Part shown: positions 35,499-44,451 of the stretch, one piece after another | How the letters are laid out: each line of letters begins with the position of its first letter | Numbering within the stretch: the stretch's first letter is position 1 | Source of the DNA: a virus | Direction: 5' to 3' (one strand) | Virus record (IMG/VR): IMGVR_UViG_3300029240_000008 | DNA: 64,000 nt | The notes under the pieces: model-generated | Told to the model about the DNA's origin: nothing | The model's database searches: none | The model's input: only the letters and a program-made list of their open reading frames with translations | Translations under genes and position numbers: made by a program

Positions 35499-36494
35499 TT
35501 ATATTGCATATTTCATATGAGACACTTTTACATCTTCATCAGATACTTTTGCGTAGATCATTGTCGTGTTAATGTTGACATGTCCAAGAATCTTCTGCAC
35601 CTCAGTAATCGGCGTGCCTCTTTGAAGCATAAGAGTCGCAAGAGTATGCCTAAATAGATGCGGCGTTAGAGGTCTGTCCAGTTCTGCCCGCTCACCGATT
35701 ATTCGTACAATTCTTTCTATTGCTTCTTTCTTGAGTACTTTATGTGGCTTTCTTTCACTTACAAAAAGATATTCCGACTCATCATCTCTAATTGCGAAGT
35801 ATTGTTTTAAAAGTAATTTACATCGGGCATTTAGGTACGTTGTTCTATGCTTGTTGCCTTTCCCCAAAACAACTACTTCGCCTTTGTAAAAGTCTATATC
35901 TGTTTTCTTTACACCACATACTTCTGTAACCCTAGCTCCGGTACTATACAGAAATTCAACCAGTGCTTTTTCGCGTACGGTTTCGCACGCTTGCCTGATT
36001 CTTTCCAACTCCATATCTGTCAGAGGTTGCTTTTCGATACGCTCATATTTGATGTTTTTGATAACTCTGCATGGGTTCTTGCCTATATATCCTTCGTTTG
36101 CAGCCCACTCGAAGAAAGCGTGTATGGCAGTTCTTCTACTATCAAGTGTTCGATTGCTCAATCCTCTGCTCTCCTGAGCGTTATACAGATATACACGGAT
36201 ATCATTTGCAGTAATGTCTTCTGCGTTTTTATTGACTGTGAAAAAGAAATCATCCAGATAAAGATTGTAGAGTTCGAGCGTCTTTTTGCTCAAACCCTCG
36301 ATTTTCCTACTTACAATGTAAGTTTTGTAGAAATCTGGCAAATATCCAGTATACTTTACAACTGCTGTTTCTCTTTGACTAATATCAAAATCATTTACAT
36401 ACAACGCCAGTTTGTTTCTGACTCTTTCAAGATATTCTTCTGGAATTTCTTCATACAGCTTGGTCATAAACCCATTCACGAATTTATCTCTCAT
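35499..36494 (-). CDS. tyrosine recombinase (XerC/D-integrase family)
   Basis: AAAAGGAGGG SD and MRDKFVNGF at 36494. It has a SAM-like N-domain. Catalytic residues are ARVTE...GKGNKHR...HLFRHTLAT...LGHVNINTTMIYAKV, giving R..K..HxxR..H..Y. Confidence 0.85.
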   Translation of the reverse strand: MRDKFVNGFMTKLYEEIPEEYLERVRNKLALYVNDFDISQRETAVVKYTGYLPDFYKTYIVSRKIEGLSKKTLELYNLYLDDFFFTVNKNAEDITANDIRVYLYNAQESRGLSNRTLDSRRTAIHAFFEWAANEGYIGKNPCRVIKNIKYERIEKQPLTDMELERIRQACETVREKALVEFLYSTGARVTEVCGVKKTDIDFYKGEVVVLGKGNKHRTTYLNARCKLLLKQYFAIRDDESEYLFVSERKPHKVLKKEAIERIVRIIGERAELDRPLTPHLFRHTLATLMLQRGTPITEVQKILGHVNINTTMIYAKVSDEDVKVSHMKYAI

Positions 36495-36614
36495 AAAAAA
36501 TACCCTCCTTTTGGGTTCACAAAGGGAGAGTACCATGTTATAATAATACTGTACCCTTTGTGGTGTTGGAGTTAGGTTTTTTTGATTGGTAGTCGGGAAC
36601 CTAACTCCTTTTTA

Positions 36615-36806
36615 TTATGCTTTTTTGATTGTTATTTTCTCTTCATCGTATTCGAGAATTACTTTTCTGTCTTCTTTGGTAATACCGAGCATCCGAACTG
36701 CTTCTGACGGAAGTGATATTTTATAGTTGACAGATTCTTTGCCTGCGTTTCCGCCGGCCTTGTTAATCATGATATTTCTTTCTACTTTTATCGAACTCAC
36801 CTCCAT
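36615..36806 (-). CDS. AbrB/MazE (SpoVT-AbrB)-like small DNA-binding protein
   Basis: YKISLPSEAVRMLGITKEDRKVILEYDEEKITI matches the swapped-hairpin barrel pattern. The start is ambiguous (36806 or 36770). Confidence 0.5.
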   Translation of the reverse strand: MEVSSIKVERNIMINKAGGNAGKESVNYKISLPSEAVRMLGITKEDRKVILEYDEEKITIKKA

Positions 36807-36822
36807 ATAATGAATTTATACT

Positions 36823-36851
36823 CATTATATATCATTGGTGTCCAATAGTCA
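36823..36851 (-). promoter_or_regulatory. near-consensus sigma-70-type promoter for the AbrB-like/recombinase unit
   Basis: On the minus strand: TTGACT (36846..36851), a 17-nt spacer, then TGATATATAAT with TATAAT at 36823..36828. Confidence 0.65.
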
Positions 36852-36870
36852 ATAATTAACTTTAGGGGCT

Positions 36871-37038
36871 TTAGTTAAGTTTACCCTCAGAATCAGTTTC
36901 TTCCTTATTAATATCCATCAGCTCATTGTACTGTTCCTCAGTAAGCCTGCCCGTTGCGAAGAAAATATCAATCTTATTTTTTAAATCATCTGTCAGACCG
37001 TTTTTCTCTTTAAGTTTTAGTAATGTTCTATATAACAT
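36871..37038 (-). CDS. XkdX-like small protein
   Basis: GGAGGTATGATT precedes the ATG at 37038. The 55-aa product contains FFATGRLTEEQYNELM, the XkdX-family motif, directly after the fibre gene. Confidence 0.5.
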   Translation of the reverse strand: MLYRTLLKLKEKNGLTDDLKNKIDIFFATGRLTEEQYNELMDINKEETDSEGKLN

Positions 37039-37040
37039 AA

Positions 37041-38717
37041 TCATACCTCCAATTCTGTAAGTGCTACTGCGTACTCGCTGTTAACATAGGCTTCTGCCGC
37101 CTGTGTGTCGATGTCCTGAGCGCGTGCATCCATATCATAGATATAATCTCTCGTATCGCCTATCTGCTGTTTTACATAGTTCCAACCGTTCTCCATTGAA
37201 ATTGGATAGTTGAATACTGTATATCCGTCCAACTGTTCTGAATTGATAGATATGTTTGTGGTTGGATAATATGTTGCAAGTGCCTTGAACGCAGTGATTT
37301 CTTCTGTGGTGAGGTCGATTTCTTCTGGAGTTTCAAGTTCATAAATAATTTTTACATTATGATTACCGACAGGAAGATAAACTCTTAATTCTCCTACATT
37401 ACTTCCTGATATACAAGCTTGTTTTGAAGCCCACCCTTGGTTAATATCTTCATAAACTATATTTGTAATATTGCAAATTACATTTTTAATAAACGGAATA
37501 TCATAATCGTAAATACCTAATCCGCCAACAGACACAGTGACAGCAATGCTTATAGTGTCAGATTTTTCCTTGATATGTCTCACCAACTTCCCCCGCTCCA
37601 CATCCACATAATCCGCAATATACTGTTGTCCGTCGATTGTGACGTTACCGCCTGAACTTACAGGGATTGCATTCAATGTGTATGGGAGAGTGAGTGTCTG
37701 TTCGTCGTGGTATGGTTCATAAGATGTAGCTTCTGAGCCTTTTTCAATTTGAATGTTCTTGTAGCTGATGGTATCCCCTGTCGCGGCTACGCCAAACCTG
37801 AATGTAATAAATGTAACCCCGCTTGGGACAGTATATGAAAGTTTTTTTGATTTTCTATTATCGATGTTAACCGAATTACTTGCTATTCCATTTCCAAAAA
37901 TATAAATATAACCTTCTTTATTATTTTCAATCTGTTCCCAGGATAAAGTAAGAGTTTCGCCCTCACTTACTTTGATTTTAGCATTATCAGGAAAATTATT
38001 TCCCATTTCAGAATAGCAGTCATTCTCAGTAGCCGTAAGAGTAATTCCATTGTTCTCATAAATCGCGGTTCCTCTTGTAATAGGCGTGCCTTTCCATGCA
38101 TTATAATTCAGCAAATTCTTCCCCCACACCTTCACTGTCGGATTCACCACGCTCTTAATCTCAACTGGATTCTCTGGCGTTGGCGTTCCATCCTGCGAAG
38201 ATTTCCCATACAGCATCATATCTTGAATCTTGCCATTGTCAGAGTCGGCAAGATGAGTTTTGCCTTGTGAACTTGCGTAGAACTTAGTGATTTTGGTGGA
38301 TATATCTTCCTTTAGTGAATTAGTTTCCGTTTTCAGTGAAGCAATGTCTGTCTTGTTCTGCTCGATCTGCTGTGCCTGTTCCGTGGTGGCTCCGGGCTTG
38401 ACCGGATTCTTTTCAAAGTATTCCGTAACTAATCTTTGTATTACCGCCTCTGCTTCTTCTTTTGTGAGATACAGTGACATATCAATTGGAGCGCCCATGG
38501 TGTCCCAAACTACGCCATTCCATGCCACATTCATTCCTGCTTCGCCGTAGACCGACTTAGACTCGATATTGTACATATCGCCAATGTCTGGATTTAATGG
38601 AAGCAAATCAGCAGTCGCAACTGTACCTCTGTATCTTACAGGGCTGTTCAGTTTTGCTTCCATATCGGAAATCTGGCGTTTTAAAATTGCATATACTTTC
38701 TTTGCTGTTAATGCCAT
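37041..38717 (-). CDS. tail fibre-like protein
   Basis: AAAGGAGAAGCGC SD and MALTAKKVYAIL at 38717. The 558-aa product has a coiled-coil segment (QIEQNKTDIASLKTETNSLKEDIS) followed by a beta-rich C-terminus. An XkdX-like gene follows it. Confidence 0.55.
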   Translation of the reverse strand: MALTAKKVYAILKRQISDMEAKLNSPVRYRGTVATADLLPLNPDIGDMYNIESKSVYGEAGMNVAWNGVVWDTMGAPIDMSLYLTKEEAEAVIQRLVTEYFEKNPVKPGATTEQAQQIEQNKTDIASLKTETNSLKEDISTKITKFYASSQGKTHLADSDNGKIQDMMLYGKSSQDGTPTPENPVEIKSVVNPTVKVWGKNLLNYNAWKGTPITRGTAIYENNGITLTATENDCYSEMGNNFPDNAKIKVSEGETLTLSWEQIENNKEGYIYIFGNGIASNSVNIDNRKSKKLSYTVPSGVTFITFRFGVAATGDTISYKNIQIEKGSEATSYEPYHDEQTLTLPYTLNAIPVSSGGNVTIDGQQYIADYVDVERGKLVRHIKEKSDTISIAVTVSVGGLGIYDYDIPFIKNVICNITNIVYEDINQGWASKQACISGSNVGELRVYLPVGNHNVKIIYELETPEEIDLTTEEITAFKALATYYPTTNISINSEQLDGYTVFNYPISMENGWNYVKQQIGDTRDYIYDMDARAQDIDTQAAEAYVNSEYAVALTELEV

Positions 38718-38730
38718 ATGCGCTTCTCCT

Positions 38731-38973
38731 TTACAGTTTGTACCATGTGTCGGTAGGTTTGTGATATTCGTATAATTCAGAAGTATCAAGGCATAATGCC
38801 GAAGAACCACTCTGTACATAATGTGGGAGCTTTGACACGTCCTTTGAAAGCCCCTCGTAATCACGAACCATACCTCTTGCGTCTGTACATACCCAACTGC
38901 CTAAATCCGGCAATTCATCACCGGGATTGTACTTGATTCCATCAAAAATAACTGTGTTTTCTGCTTTTGCCAT
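38731..38973 (-). CDS. hypothetical protein
   Basis: 80-aa ORF. Its ATG lies directly after the upstream TAG. Confidence 0.5.
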   Translation of the reverse strand: MAKAENTVIFDGIKYNPGDELPDLGSWVCTDARGMVRDYEGLSKDVSKLPHYVQSGSSALCLDTSELYEYHKPTDTWYKL

Positions 38974-39360
38974 CTATGCAATCATCCTTTCTGCCCCGAT
39001 AGGAGCCACATATGTGAACTGGTTTCCTAAAATGTCTCTGGCTGTGCCAATCACGAAACAAGAATAGTCGGCCAGAAGATTGCAACACCATTCTTCTGCA
39101 TCAACCCAATATCGTTTCTTGACCATGCGGTGAAGTTCTGGCAATAGACCGTAGCTGAACATCACGCAATGACCTAATTCATGAATAAATACACGGTTCA
39201 GAAGCTCTCCGTGAAGGTTATTTGCGATTGAAATAATACGGGTGGAATAATCCGATACCCCGAGCGTTCTATTGCCTGTACGGTCAATTAACACGCTGTC
39301 GTGCGGAGACACAAACTGTACTCTCCATAGGTCTCCGTTCATATAAAATTGTCTTAGCAT
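38974..39360 (-). CDS. HExxH zinc metallopeptidase-like protein (ImmA/IrrE- or SprT-like)
   Basis: 128 aa with the motif RVFIHELGHCVMF. Confidence 0.55.
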   Translation of the reverse strand: MLRQFYMNGDLWRVQFVSPHDSVLIDRTGNRTLGVSDYSTRIISIANNLHGELLNRVFIHELGHCVMFSYGLLPELHRMVKKRYWVDAEEWCCNLLADYSCFVIGTARDILGNQFTYVAPIGAERMIA

Positions 39361-39459
39361 GGCTTATCACCAGCGTCGCAGGGCAAGGAAACTCACCACT
39401 CTTGAGTGGTGGGAGGAATGCCCGTTTTAGCGACGCATTTTCCTTTCTATAAATAAATA

Positions 39460-39488
39460 TTGTTCTTCGCCAAAATGTATGTTATAAT
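39460..39488 (+). promoter_or_regulatory. tnpB promoter
   Basis: TTGTTC, a 17-nt spacer, then TGTTATAAT, an extended -10. Confidence 0.55.
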
Positions 39489-39517
39489 GTTTTTGGTGAA
39501 GAAAGTAGGTGTTATAT

Positions 39518-40645
39518 ATGGAACAGACAATTACGGCAAAACTTCAGATTTTAGTCAATCCTTCTGATAAACAGATACTCTGTGATACCATGAAGGCTTA
39601 TTCTGATGCCTGTAATTATGTATCCGAATTCATATACAAGACTCATAATCTTAGCCGTTATAGCGTGCAGGAAGATACTTATCATCAGGTACGGGAAATT
39701 TATGGTCTCCGTTCCCAGATGGCTGTTTCTTGTGTACGCACAGTTATAGCCAAATACAAAACCATTCTTAAAAATCAGAAAGAATGGATAAAACCTACAT
39801 TTAGACTGCCTCAGCTAGACCTCGTATGGAATAGGGATTATTCTCTTAACACCAAAAACAATATTTTCTCTGTAAATACACTAAGCGGTCGCATCAAGGT
39901 GTCTTTCTATAAAAATGGTTTTGAACGATATTTTGCCGATGACTGTAAATTCGGAACGGCTAAACTTGTTAATAAGCACGGTATGTTTTTCTTACATATA
40001 CCTGTAACATACGAAATTTCTATGCTCAATAAGTCAGAAGTTTCTAATGTTGTCGGTGTAGACCGTGGGATAAGATTTCTTGCTGCTACATATGACAGCA
40101 AAGGAAAATCTGTATTCTACGATGGTAATATAATCAAGCAAAAACGTGCTCATTATAAGGCTTTGCGTAAACATTTACAGCAAGTCGGTACTCCGTCATC
40201 CCGTAGACGAATAAAAGCTATTGGTCAACGAGAAAACCGTTGGATGCAAGATGTAAATCATTGTATTTCTAAGGCACTCGTTGAAAGCAATCCTGATGGC
40301 ACTATGTTTGTTATCGAAGATTTAACAGGAATCCGCTCTGCTACTGAAAGAGTGAAAGTAAAGAACCGTTGTATATCTGTATCATGGTCTTACTATGATT
40401 TAGAGCAAAAATTGTCTTACAAAGCCTTAAGACATCATCAGCTTGTAGAAAAGGTTAATCCTGCTTATACAAGCCAAGCATGTCCGAAATGCGGTCATAC
40501 CGAAAAAGCGAATCGCAATAAGAAAATACACTTTTTCTGCTGTAAAAATTGCGGTTATAAATCGAATGATGACCGCATAGGAGCTATGAATCTGCATCGT
40601 ATGGGAATAGAACTTTTAGTACCTGATGCAGTTGCTACGGAGTAA
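39518..40645 (+). CDS. tnpB: TnpB RNA-guided endonuclease (IS605 OrfB family)
   Basis: The RuvC triad context is VVGVDRGIRF (D), MFVIEDLTG (E) and NDDRIGAMNL (D). The zinc ribbon is CPKCGH...CCKNCGY. Confidence 0.85.
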   Translation: MEQTITAKLQILVNPSDKQILCDTMKAYSDACNYVSEFIYKTHNLSRYSVQEDTYHQVREIYGLRSQMAVSCVRTVIAKYKTILKNQKEWIKPTFRLPQLDLVWNRDYSLNTKNNIFSVNTLSGRIKVSFYKNGFERYFADDCKFGTAKLVNKHGMFFLHIPVTYEISMLNKSEVSNVVGVDRGIRFLAATYDSKGKSVFYDGNIIKQKRAHYKALRKHLQQVGTPSSRRRIKAIGQRENRWMQDVNHCISKALVESNPDGTMFVIEDLTGIRSATERVKVKNRCISVSWSYYDLEQKLSYKALRHHQLVEKVNPAYTSQACPKCGHTEKANRNKKIHFFCCKNCGYKSNDDRIGAMNLHRMGIELLVPDAVATE

Positions 40646-40800
40646 ATCTCTATAGCACAGGTACAAGTCAACGTGCCTACAATGTAACGCCACTTTTAGC
40701 AGTAATGCTAAACGACTAAATGTGGAAGGAGTAATCCGTTATACCACAGGGCAGTTACAAGCCCATTCCATTTAAGTGATGGGTAGTTGACCATCCTTTT
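40600..40800 (+). ncRNA. candidate omega (right-end) RNA of TnpB
   Basis: The region covers the 3' end of tnpB and a roughly 155-nt ORF-free, hairpin-rich tail up to the right end. This is the known layout of TnpB guide RNAs. The extent was not determined. Confidence 0.35.
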
Positions 40801-40802
40801 CT

Positions 40803-40845
40803 CAACTGAAAAGCCCCTGCTACATTCCTGTAACAAGGGCAAAAT
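40803..40845 (-). terminator. intrinsic terminator of the Cys-rich three-gene unit
   Basis: On the minus strand: GCCCTTG...CAGGGGC stem followed by TTTTC. Confidence 0.45.
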
Positions 40846-40856
40846 TCATTTCATAT

Positions 40857-41483
40857 TTAATTCATCTGCTGTATGAAACGTGTCAAGTCAGTCTTCATCT
40901 GCTGTCTGATTGATGCGTCTGCATCATCCCACATTTCTTTCATATTGCGGATGATATCTTCTGTATACTCTTTCATGGAATCATCCATTTTTCTCTTAGA
41001 TTCAGCGTCTTTGGAATCGTGATAATGTCTGCGATTCTCACTGTATCTGTCGTAGGTTTCACCATATCTGGACTGCCTATTGTTCATACCGTCCATTCTC
41101 ATATCACTACGGTCTGGATGATAGCCCATGCGGTACATATTACGTTCAAGCTCTGGATTGCTCGGATATTCACTTACCCAGTCGTCATCCTGCATATGGA
41201 GATACGGCATATATCCCATTCGGCTTCCTCTTCCTTTTGGTGCAAATCTGCCGTTTGCGTAACGATAGTTGTCATATCCCATGCGTCCAAGATACTTCTC
41301 TTCCTGCTCGCATTCGTCCATAGCTTCTACGATTCTGTAATCCTTATCTGCACAGATTGCACATTTTACCGCTTCTAAGCAATCTTTCAGATCATCCCAG
41401 TCCTGAGAACTAAGATTGTCAAATCCATGTGCTTTGGCTTTTTCCATAGCCCATTTTCCCATTTCCATTGCAACTTTATGCAT
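40857..41483 (-). CDS. hypothetical protein rich in M/Y/R/D repeats (RMGY motifs)
   Basis: The start MHKVAMEMGKW at 41483 overlaps the upstream stop. GRMGYDNY, SRMGYMPY and YRMGYHPD recur. Confidence 0.5.
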   Translation of the reverse strand: MHKVAMEMGKWAMEKAKAHGFDNLSSQDWDDLKDCLEAVKCAICADKDYRIVEAMDECEQEEKYLGRMGYDNYRYANGRFAPKGRGSRMGYMPYLHMQDDDWVSEYPSNPELERNMYRMGYHPDRSDMRMDGMNNRQSRYGETYDRYSENRRHYHDSKDAESKRKMDDSMKEYTEDIIRNMKEMWDDADASIRQQMKTDLTRFIQQMN

Positions 41484-41907
41484 TAATTGCCCCCTTTCTG
41501 GCAGCCTGTGTAACAGGTGTGTCTGTCGTTGGGGCTGTACCATTAATTGCTGTTAAATTGTTACTCGGACTACAAGCTGGATTTCCCAACATCTTGAATA
41601 CTCCGCCAGTTGCACTTGTAGCTACTCTGGTTGCGTATTTCGTTCTGGTTCTTATTCCGCAAGCCGTAACCTGTGCACAGCAACGATTCTCTAGCGGATA
41701 CAAAGTTGTTCCTGTTCCTATTTGAATCATTACCGGGGCGGTAATTGTGGTGGCTTCTGGTATACTTTGTGCGATCACAATGCAATACTTTTCTCCATTG
41801 GAATAACTGCCTGCCGGGAGTGTGATTACAAGATTGCCACCGGTAAACGATACAGACTGGCTGATTACAAGATGGCTGCAAAGCTTACAAACATTTTTAC
41901 AACTCAT
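41476..41907 (-). CDS. Cys-rich hypothetical protein
   Basis: 143 aa starting MSCKNVCKLCSHLVISQSVSFTGGNLVITLPAGSY. It has 9 Cys and a T/A-rich tail. Confidence 0.5.
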   Translation of the reverse strand: MSCKNVCKLCSHLVISQSVSFTGGNLVITLPAGSYSNGEKYCIVIAQSIPEATTITAPVMIQIGTGTTLYPLENRCCAQVTACGIRTRTKYATRVATSATGGVFKMLGNPACSPSNNLTAINGTAPTTDTPVTQAARKGAINA

Positions 41908-41986
41908 ATTTTATACCTCTCAATCAAATAAGAGGTGAGCCGCAACCCACCTCTTAGAATTTAGTCAACCTCTAAGGGTGAGTTAC

Positions 41987-42793
41987 TTAGCAGCAACCAC
42001 TGTTGCATCCACATCCGTTGTTTCCGTAATATCCATACAAATTACTTGCCGGATATGCCGGAACCGGAAGTGGTGCAGTGCGTCTGAGAATTTCTGCTGT
42101 ATTTGCGTTCATAGCCGCCTGTAATACCGCATTCTGGTCGGACTGTGAAGCCGCCAGTTTAAGTGCCTGATTCTCTGCTCTAAGGTCTGCTGTTTCCTTC
42201 TGGCAAAGATAATCAAGAATGGCACGGGTGTTGCTGTTCTGATTTTCCAGAATATCTCTGGTATTGTTGTTCATTGAGTTCTGGATTGCACAAGCGTTGG
42301 TAGCCATATCATATCTGATCTGAGCCTGTCCTTCCCTGTTGTCACAGCAACACTGAGCTAACTGAGACTGTAATGCATTCTGTCCCTGCATAAGTGCAAT
42401 GTTTGTACTATTAAATCCCTGCTGGGTCTGATAGCCAAGATTGCAGATAGCATTATCTACGCCGTGGAATCCATTAGAAATATTCTGATTGATTCCATTC
42501 AGCTGAGCCAACTGGTCATAACCAAGGTTACAGATACCATTGCTGATACCATCGAGCTTGCTAATTACGGACTGGTTATCGAAGCCACGTTGTAAAGCAG
42601 AGTCTAAGAAATCTGTGCTTCCATTTCCTCTGTTTCCGCCGAAGCCCCAGCCATTGCCTCCCCAACCAAAGATGAGAAGTATAATGATCCACCATGCCCA
42701 TCCACCGCCGAAGCCGTAGCCATCATCTGCATGATTATTAGAGCCTGTTGCTGCCGCAATGTCAGCAAGGCTATATCCGCCTGAATTCATCAT
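41987..42793 (-). CDS. membrane-anchored Gly/Trp- and Cys-rich protein
   Basis: GGGWAWWIIILLIFGWGGNGWGFGG is a TM segment. (A)ICNLGY occurs twice. There is a QCCCD motif, a coiled-coil Q/N-rich middle, and a C-terminal GCGCNSGCC. Confidence 0.55.
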   Translation of the reverse strand: MMNSGGYSLADIAAATGSNNHADDGYGFGGGWAWWIIILLIFGWGGNGWGFGGNRGNGSTDFLDSALQRGFDNQSVISKLDGISNGICNLGYDQLAQLNGINQNISNGFHGVDNAICNLGYQTQQGFNSTNIALMQGQNALQSQLAQCCCDNREGQAQIRYDMATNACAIQNSMNNNTRDILENQNSNTRAILDYLCQKETADLRAENQALKLAASQSDQNAVLQAAMNANTAEILRRTAPLPVPAYPASNLYGYYGNNGCGCNSGCC

Positions 42794-42992
42794 AAATTCA
42801 AACCTCCTATTTGATTTATTTTACAAATCAAGTAGAAATCCCGGGCTTTCAGCTCAATTTTGTAGCAATGTTAAATGAAATATAGTATAATATTTATGTG
42901 GGAATAGGGATTCGCGACCCGAAAGTCACATGCCTTAGTGATTTTCCCACAACCAATAAAGGCGTACATCAGAAAGGCAAGGTGTTATTTTT

Positions 42993-43553
42993 ATGAAAGA
43001 AATATGGAAAGACATTCCAAAATACGAAGGTGTTTATCAAGTAAGCAATCTAGGGAATGTAAAAAGTTTGCAATCAGGAAACCATCATTCCAAAATCAAA
43101 ATATTAAGTCCAATCTGCGCTGACGGGAGATATTTGCGAGTCAGTTTATATCGGAATAAAAAGCCTGCGTATTTTATGGTACATCGTCTTGTTGCAATAG
43201 CGTTTATTCCAAATCCGGAAAACAAGCCTCAAGTTGACCACATTAACGGAAACAAAAAAGATAATTGTGTAAATAACCTTGAATGGTGCACGTCTTCCGA
43301 AAACAATTTGCACGCTTACAAAATCGGAATAAACAAAGGTTCTAAACCGTGGCTAGGGAAAACCGGATTCCAAAACGCATCTTCTATTCCAGTGAGCCAA
43401 ATTGATTTAAACACTGGGAATATTATTGCCACTTTTGGAAGTATAGGTGAAGCTTCCAGAGCGACTGGATGTTCGGAGTCCAAAATAGGGAAATGTTGCA
43501 AAGGCATTTTTTCTCAAACACACGGATTTGGTTGGAGATATGCGGATAAATAA
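42993..43553 (+). CDS. HNH homing endonuclease (NUMOD4 + HNH_3 + IENR1-like)
   Basis: Motifs are WKDIPKYEGVYQVSNLGNVKS, VDHINGNKKDNCVNNLEWCTSSEN and ATFGSIGEASRATGCSESKIGKCC. It lies on the opposite strand to all its neighbours. Confidence 0.75.
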   Translation: MKEIWKDIPKYEGVYQVSNLGNVKSLQSGNHHSKIKILSPICADGRYLRVSLYRNKKPAYFMVHRLVAIAFIPNPENKPQVDHINGNKKDNCVNNLEWCTSSENNLHAYKIGINKGSKPWLGKTGFQNASSIPVSQIDLNTGNIIATFGSIGEASRATGCSESKIGKCCKGIFSQTHGFGWRYADK

Positions 43554-43562
43554 TTTATCCGC

Positions 43563-43802
43563 TTATTTTATTCCAAACTGGTTCTTAACCTGCGATAACA
43601 TATCATCAGGATTAATTCCTTTTTCTTTGCAAAGGTTTCTTGCAAGTTTTTCAAGACCTGCACTGTCGCCTTTTTCCATCATATTGATAGCATTGTTTAT
43701 AACTGGGCTGTTCCCAGACTGATTTTTCATAATATTGATGATAGCTTGCTGTGGATTTCCACCGTTACGTATCATCTGCATAAGTTGCATAGGGTTCATC
43801 AT
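43563..43802 (-). CDS. hypothetical M/N/Q-rich small protein
   Basis: 79-aa ORF with an ATGA overlap to the upstream gene. Confidence 0.5.
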   Translation of the reverse strand: MMNPMQLMQMIRNGGNPQQAIINIMKNQSGNSPVINNAINMMEKGDSAGLEKLARNLCKEKGINPDDMLSQVKNQFGIK

Positions 43803-44296
43803 CTCTGCCTACCTCCGTTCTGCTTAGGTTCTGGTGTTCCCGACATCTGCGTCGGAAACATATTCTTTATTTCAGAAATCTCCGAACAAACATCATTCCG
43901 AAGCTGATTAAACATTGCTTCAATGTCAATCTGCTTTTCATCTTGCTTTGGCTGTTGTTCGTCTGGGTTTGCAAGTCGGTAAACAAAAATCCTGCTCCTT
44001 CCATCGGATTGAAGCTGTTTTCTGTAAATTTCAGTTCCGTCTGTTTTTGGATAGTAAACAGGATTGCCGGACATATCCACATCTTTAGCCTTTACAGTAT
44101 CAATCCCATCCACCATCTGTCCTTGAAGCATAGGGGATTGTGGAATTGACTGTAACTGTTGCATCTGCATTTGACCATAAGGCATTGCCTGTTGGTAATT
44201 ATTCTGCAATTGTGCCAGCCTGTCCTGATACGGCTGTATTTGTCCGTATGGGTTGTTTATCATTGGCTGTTGCGGATAATACGGATAACCTGCCAT
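43799..44296 (-). CDS. Q/P/Y-rich low-complexity protein
   Basis: AGGAGGAACAGATT SD and MAGYPYYPQQPMINNPYGQIQPYQ at 44296. Confidence 0.5.
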   Translation of the reverse strand: MAGYPYYPQQPMINNPYGQIQPYQDRLAQLQNNYQQAMPYGQMQMQQLQSIPQSPMLQGQMVDGIDTVKAKDVDMSGNPVYYPKTDGTEIYRKQLQSDGRSRIFVYRLANPDEQQPKQDEKQIDIEAMFNQLRNDVCSEISEIKNMFPTQMSGTPEPKQNGGRQR

Positions 44297-44451
44297 AATC
44301 TGTTCCTCCTGTCCGGGATTCAAGAATCATATCCATATCATCTATGGAACGATGCTTTTCCCATATACCCTCGTAAGGGTTCCTTAACATAATCATTGTG
44401 TTTTCTCCTATGATTATATTATATAGGAAGGAACTCTGTTTTTGAACGTCA

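Larger units (their letters stand above)
39361..40800 (+). mobile_element. TnpB-only IS200/IS605-family (IS1341-like) element; boundaries approximate
   Basis: A left-end nested palindrome (CGTCGC..GGGCA..CACCACTCTTGAGTGGTG..TGCCC..GCGACG) lies at about 39372..39445. The element has its own promoter and tnpB. A structured right end finishes near ...CCCATTCCATTTAAGTGATGGGTAGTTGACC. Confidence 0.55.

Noticed and set aside
35847-36575. 242-aa plus-strand ORF antisense to the tyrosine recombinase.
   Set aside because: The product is a hydrophobic, low-complexity F/I/Y-rich mirror of an AT-rich gene. The recombinase frame carries all the catalytic motifs.
35459-36600. Tyrosine recombinase as the prophage boundary with an attP/attL next to it.
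   Set aside because: Phage structural genes continue on both sides. No host sequence or obvious direct-repeat pair could be identified by eye, so only the local inverted repeat is reported.
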